Source: Calditrichia bacterium | GTDB lineage: Bacteria; Calditrichota; Calditrichia; RBG-13-44-9; J075 | Direction: 5' to 3' | Assembly: GCA_020634975.1 (NCBI GenBank) | Contig: JACKAQ010000001.1 | Span: 3,383,272-3,447,271, forward strand | DNA length: 64,000 nucleotides | Shown here: positions 57,406 to 64,000 of the stretch, one piece after another | How positions within the stretch are numbered: the stretch's first letter is position 1 | Layout of the letters: every line of letters begins with the position of its first letter | Made by a program: the position numbers and the translations under genes | The notes under the pieces: model-generated | Told to the model about the DNA's origin: nothing | Database searches by the model: none | What the model saw: the letters and a program-made list of their open reading frames with translations, nothing else

Positions 57406-60400
57406 TTATTGAATTGATTTTTTAAAATCGCGCGGCGAGCAGCCAAATTGTTCCTGAAAACAGCGAGTGAAATACGCCTGGCTGTTGAATCCGACCATGT
57501 AGGCGATTTCCGCGATGTTTCCGGCATCCTGTTTGATCAGCTCAGCGGCGCGTTGCAGCCGGAACGAGCGGATAAATTCACTCGGCGACTGGTTAGCGAT
57601 TGCCCGCAATTTGCGGTGCAGCTGCGCCCGGCTCATCCCGATTTCGTCCGAGAACGCTTCCACGCTGAAATTTTCATCGTCCAGATGTTCTTCGATGATC
57701 GCTATTAATCGCGAGAGAAATTCCTGATGAATCGACGGCACGGTAACATCCGCCGGTTTGAGCAGCATTTCGCTGCTGAATTTCTGGCGCATTTGCTCGC
57801 GGATGCGAATCAGGTTGCGCACCCGGATCACCAGTTCCTGCGAATCGAACGGCTTCACCAAATAATCATCCGCGCCGGTTTCCAGCCCCTCAATTTTATC
57901 GCCCGTTGCCGCTTTTGCGGTCAGCAAAATTACTGGGATGTGGTTGGTTTTCTCGCCGGATTTTAGCGCGTCGCAAAGCTGGTAGCCGTCCATTTCCGGC
58001 ATCATTACATCGCTGATGATCAAATCGGGAATTTGCGCTTCGGCAATTTCCAGCCCGATTCGCCCGTTTTCCGCTTCGATCACCTGAAATTCCGGTCGAA
58101 GTTGCTCGCAGATGAACGCCCGCAAATCGCGGTGATCTTCCACAACCAGCACGATGCAATCATCGCCGGTGTTTTTTGAAACTGGCGATGCGGCATCCGG
58201 TTGAAAAACCGAACCGCCCGAATCGATATCGACCGGTTTCACCGGAATTTGCCGGACGATGGGCACTACTTGTTCTTCCGTTGCTTCCGATTTTTCGACA
58301 ATTTCTTCCGGTCGCAAATGTTTGGCGCCAAACGGCAGCCGCACCGAAAACGTGGTTTCTCGATCCACTTCGCTTTCCACAAAAACACTGCCGCGATGCA
58401 ACTCCACCAACTCTTTCACCAGCGCCAAACCGATGCCGGTTCCCTCAAACTGGCGGGTGGTGCCGGCTTCCACCTGATAAAACCGGTCAAAAATATTTTC
58501 CAGCTTGTCAGGCGGAATGCCCGGTCCGGTGTTGGTGATGCGGATTTCCACAACCGGCTGCTCATCGCCACCGCCGGCGATGCCGGTAACAATGCTCACA
58601 TCAATTTCCCCGTTTGCCGGAGTAAATTTGAAGGCGTTCGAGAGCAAATTGTTGAACACTTTTTCCAATTTTTCCGCATCAAAATAGATAAAAATAGCTG
58701 CCTGCCCCGATGTTTCCGTCAACGGTACATGATTAAACCGGAGTTCAATTTTCTTTTCCGGCGCGAAGGATGCGAACGATGCAAAAATTCGCCGGAGAAA
58801 CTGAACGATGTCGCTTTTTGCGGCTCGCAGCTCCATCCGCCCCGCTTCCAGTTTGGATAAATCCAGCAATTCATTTATCAAATTGAGCAATCGTGCGGCG
58901 TTCTGACGCATCATTCCCAAGTCTGAGTGGGCATCCGCAGTGGGTATGTTTCGCCGCAATTTGTCCAGCAATCCCATTATCAGCGTGAGCGGTGTTCGAA
59001 ATTCATGGGAAATATTCGCAAAAAACCGCGATTTCAGTTCGTCCATTTCTTTCAGCTTTTCCGATTGCTGCTCCAATTGGTTGCGCTGTTCGACCACCTG
59101 CGCGGTGCGCATTGTGATAATTTTTTCCAACTCCTCCTGCTGTTGTTTCAACTGCCGTACCCGAATTTGCACGATTCCGGCAATCGCAATGCCGCCCAAA
59201 ACAAAATACAGCAAAAATGCCCACCACGTGCGAAACCACGGCGGTAAAATGTCGAACGCGAAGCTGGTTTCACCAATTTCCGAGCGATACATATTTCTGG
59301 ATTGAACGCGGAAAACGTAATCGCCTTCCGGCAGGTTGGTGTAATCTTTTTTTGCCGTTGCCGACCAGCCAGACCATCCATGATCGAAACCGTCGAGCAT
59401 AAAGCGGAACTGGTTTTCGAACTCATTTTCAAAAGAGGGGAGGGCGAATTCGAAACGAAGCGCATTATCGTGATACTGCAACACCGGTGTTTCTGCCCGG
59501 TCGATGACGGTGCCGTTGAACAACAGCGAATGCCGGTTATTTTTGGGGATGGAAACATGGCGGATTAACGGTGGAAATTGCGGTTTCATTTGATAATCAA
59601 TTGCCGGATCGAAACGGATAATTCCCGGTTTGCAGCCGAACCAGATCACACCGTCTGCATCTGTGAAACAGGCATCCAGTGCCCCAAAAATCGATATTTC
59701 CCGGAAACGGCTTTTGTTGAGTTTGTAGCTGCCATCCGGCTGTTTTTCCGCCAGCCAGCAATGCCCGGTTTTGTTGCTGCCAAGCCGGAAAATGACGTTG
59801 CCATCGCCGGTTTCAAAAAGCCAGTAAATTTCAACGGTGGAATCCGCAAGTGCTGCGCCGTAAACCGAGTCTGGTTGCAATGTTTGGGTCGCTTCGTCAA
59901 AATACCGCAGACCTTTTAATGTTGCGAAAGAAACATGATTGTTAATCGCGCTAATTTGCCCGGTCGATAACGGCATGTCCATCTCAAAATGCGCGACTGT
60001 CGCGATGGGAATTTCCCGGTCGAGATGGTCGAGTTGGATTCGCATCACCCCTTTTTGCATCGTTCCCAACCACAACGAGCCATCGGGATTTTCCACAATG
60101 CTGCGGATTTCTTCGCTGATTCCATCGATTTTGCCGACATATCGCCAGCTTCCGTTTTCGTACCGCAAAACGCCGAGACCTAACAAATGTCCGGCAAAAA
60201 TCAGGTTTGGATTTTGTTGATAGCGATGCAAAAAAAACACCGTTTCATCATTCGTTGAAATTGGTTTAACCTGCTGATTTTCCAAAAGATAAACGCCGTT
60301 ATTTGTGCCGGCCAGCAGATCTTTTCCGGTGGAAAGCAAATGGAACGATTGGTGCTGAAAATTGCCATATTGGCGAAATGGTTTTTCCGATTGGGGATCG

Positions 60401-61500
60401 AGTAAATAAATGCCCTGCCCGGTCGCAACAAACAATTGTCCGCGATGCCGGATGATGTTTTCGACATTTCCTTCCAGCCCATTGATGCCCGTAAAATAGC
60501 TGAACTGGGACGGTAACGCGATTTTCGCGATGCCAAAATTCATGCCCAACCACAGCGAACCCATGCCATCGTGATACAAATGTTTGATATCGTCATCCGG
60601 CAAACTGCCGGATTTGTCCAGCCGCATTTGCAAATTTCCCTGCAGATCGATAATAATTGCGCCGGCATTGTAGCTGCCCAATACTATCCGTCCATCCGGT
60701 AATAGCGCAGCAGAGGAAAGCTGGTTGGACGAAATAAATTTTGTTGCCGCATCTGAAAAACGGGTAAATTTCTGATTTTTATGAAGATACAACCCAGCTT
60801 TGCCAACGCAGAATAATCGAGTTTCTGCGTCAATCGACAAAATTTCGAAAACACCATTTCCGGCGATCATTTCGCTTCCCGGAATTAATTGTAACGAATC
60901 GCCTGCCAGTTTGAAAATGCCAACGTTGCGTTGCTGGATAAATAGCGTGTCGTTCACCAGATGCGAGAGGAAAAACAGCGGATCGGTTTTCCAGATTTTT
61001 ATTTTCCCGTTGGACCAGCGAAACAATTTGCTGAATGTCTGGAAATAAACTGCGCCATCGCTGGTGCAGTGGGTTCGCCAAACTTCCGAAAAATCCCGTT
61101 CGTTTTCCGGAACGTTGTTCAGCAACGAAACAAAGCGCATTTCGCCAATGGAATCCGGCACGAGATAGCCAAAATCTGCCGACGCACCGACATAAATCGT
61201 CCCATCCGCGCCTTTGGCAAACGAACGCGCTCGCGCACTGTTGCGAGTTTCGATGAGCCGCCAGGTGGCGCCGTCATATTCGAGAACGCCGTTGCCATTT
61301 GCCGAGTAAACCACCCCGCGATTATCGCGGATGATGCACCAGTTTTGGGTGTGCTCGCCGTATGTTTTGGGGTCGTAAAATGTGATGTTTGGGCTGCCGG
61401 TTTCGTAGGCGGATGGCTGCTCACCGGCTGCCGATAAAGCAAAAAACCATCCCAGATGTATCGCAAATAAAATGATGGGTGTCAACAAAAACTGACGCAT
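57406..61500 (-). CDS. hybrid two-component system protein (periplasmic Y_Y_Y beta-propeller sensor, TM, HisKA-HATPase_c, REC, AraC-type HTH)
   Basis: The large N-terminal region has a repeated propeller pattern. The H-box is 'ISHEFRTPLTLI'. 'GTGIGLALVKEL' is present. The receiver is 'VVEDHRDLRAF...[11 protein letters not shown]'. The C-terminal AraC HTH is 'IAYMVGFNSQAYFTRCFQEQFG'. The start is chosen at 'MRQFLLTPI' (signal/TM). Confidence 0.85.
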   Translation of the reverse strand: MRQFLLTPIILFAIHLGWFFALSAAGEQPSAYETGSPNITFYDPKTYGEHTQNWCIIRDNRGVVYSANGNGVLEYDGATWRLIETRNSARARSFAKGADGTIYVGASADFGYLVPDSIGEMRFVSLLNNVPENERDFSEVWRTHCTSDGAVYFQTFSKLFRWSNGKIKIWKTDPLFFLSHLVNDTLFIQQRNVGIFKLAGDSLQLIPGSEMIAGNGVFEILSIDAETRLFCVGKAGLYLHKNQKFTRFSDAATKFISSNQLSSAALLPDGRIVLGSYNAGAIIIDLQGNLQMRLDKSGSLPDDDIKHLYHDGMGSLWLGMNFGIAKIALPSQFSYFTGINGLEGNVENIIRHRGQLFVATGQGIYLLDPQSEKPFRQYGNFQHQSFHLLSTGKDLLAGTNNGVYLLENQQVKPISTNDETVFFLHRYQQNPNLIFAGHLLGLGVLRYENGSWRYVGKIDGISEEIRSIVENPDGSLWLGTMQKGVMRIQLDHLDREIPIATVAHFEMDMPLSTGQISAINNHVSFATLKGLRYFDEATQTLQPDSVYGAALADSTVEIYWLFETGDGNVIFRLGSNKTGHCWLAEKQPDGSYKLNKSRFREISIFGALDACFTDADGVIWFGCKPGIIRFDPAIDYQMKPQFPPLIRHVSIPKNNRHSLLFNGTVIDRAETPVLQYHDNALRFEFALPSFENEFENQFRFMLDGFDHGWSGWSATAKKDYTNLPEGDYVFRVQSRNMYRSEIGETSFAFDILPPWFRTWWAFLLYFVLGGIAIAGIVQIRVRQLKQQQEELEKIITMRTAQVVEQRNQLEQQSEKLKEMDELKSRFFANISHEFRTPLTLIMGLLDKLRRNIPTADAHSDLGMMRQNAARLLNLINELLDLSKLEAGRMELRAAKSDIVQFLRRIFASFASFAPEKKIELRFNHVPLTETSGQAAIFIYFDAEKLEKVFNNLLSNAFKFTPANGEIDVSIVTGIAGGGDEQPVVEIRITNTGPGIPPDKLENIFDRFYQVEAGTTRQFEGTGIGLALVKELVELHRGSVFVESEVDRETTFSVRLPFGAKHLRPEEIVEKSEATEEQVVPIVRQIPVKPVDIDSGGSVFQPDAASPVSKNTGDDCIVLVVEDHRDLRAFICEQLRPEFQVIEAENGRIGLEIAEAQIPDLIISDVMMPEMDGYQLCDALKSGEKTNHIPVILLTAKAATGDKIEGLETGADDYLVKPFDSQELVIRVRNLIRIREQMRQKFSSEMLLKPADVTVPSIHQEFLSRLIAIIEEHLDDENFSVEAFSDEIGMSRAQLHRKLRAIANQSPSEFIRSFRLQRAAELIKQDAGNIAEIAYMVGFNSQAYFTRCFQEQFGCSPRDFKKSIQ

Positions 61501-61733
61501 ATCCAAACCTGCTTTGATGGAAATTGCTTTTTTTAGTACTGATTGGAAGTCGGAACAGGAAGCGCTGCTGCCGGTTACGGCAAGCCGGATTCTAATTGAG
61601 TGAACCACTGTTGCAAGACAAGATACCACAATCCGCGATACTTTTCAACGATGGTTTCCGAGAAGACTAAAATTATTTAATTGTGGGGTAATTTTGTGAA
61701 AAAACGGCGGAGACGAAATATCTGTTTTTTTCG

Positions 61734-63683
<1,950 letters not shown>

Positions 63684-63720
63684 GGAGAGGCTTCCTCTGC
63701 TTACAGTCGAAAAATAAGAT

Positions 63721-64000
63721 TTATAAAACGGTCGCGAGCTTCAATAAGTTTGAGCTGAAATTGCTGCCCTCTGCTTTGGCAGATTTTAGATTTATCAAAA
63801 TTTCCGGTTTATTTCCTTTTTGGCCGATACCAACTGAAAGCCCGGATTTGATATATTCTGGAACACCGGAAAGGGTAAGAATCTGTTTTTCTGTGCAAAA
63901 ATCTGCGATTTCTTTCAGAGGGGGAACACGCAATGGTGCGACATACAAAATATTTACATCGGCATCTGCGATTTTTTCAGTAATATCTTTGCTATCACCA
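63721..64000 (-). CDS. periplasmic substrate-binding-protein-like domain protein, N-terminally truncated by the window edge (PhnD/PBP-like)
   Basis: The frame is open to the window end. The visible C-terminal part '...[31 protein letters not shown]...' resembles the binding-protein domain of the 8209..8673 product. The gene is co-oriented with, and upstream of, the hybrid kinase at 61734. Confidence 0.4.
   Translation of the reverse strand, partial: GDSKDITEKIADADVNILYVAPLRVPPLKEIADFCTEKQILTLSGVPEYIKSGLSVGIGQKGNKPEILINLKSAKAEGSNFSSNLLKLATVL

Overview
This 64 kb window looks like a bacterial chromosome segment from a member of the FCB superphylum (Bacteroidota, Ignavibacteria or Calditrichota-like). 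Two independent C-terminal T9SS sorting domains, a Y_Y_Y/AraC hybrid two-component system, SprF/PorP-like gene coupling and Exb/TonB motors support that placement. It is regulatory-rich and accessory-like: there are five hybrid histidine kinases and no ribosomal or core informational genes apart from one sigma-70 gene and a tRNA-Arg(CCG). The most striking content is a co-oriented gene block at about 17.2-27.4 kb. It encodes a His-rich polytopic membrane protein, a 20-heme c-type cytochrome, two paralogous 25-heme c-type cytochromes flanking a 540-aa outer-membrane beta-barrel gene, and a membrane-anchored 2x[4Fe-4S] flavoprotein. A sigma-54-like -24/-12 element precedes the block. Together this resembles a porin-cytochrome trans-envelope electron conduit, with 70 CxxCH sites in total. 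It sits beside cydAB and a divergent ECF sigma/anti-sigma pair. Other notable items are three tandem paralogous outer-membrane beta-barrel genes sharing an upstream motif, and a badly frameshifted asparagine-synthetase/lasso-peptide-cyclase-like pseudogene. There is also a 2265-aa repeat-rich T9SS cargo protein that is translationally coupled to a PorP/SprF/PorV-like outer-membrane protein and lies in one block with a TPR-ExbB-ExbD-ExbD-TonB cluster. A second orphan sigma-54 activator lacks any sensor domain. No CRISPR array, rRNA, transposase or integrase was seen. Many long antisense ORFs inside the cytochrome and adhesin genes are judged spurious.
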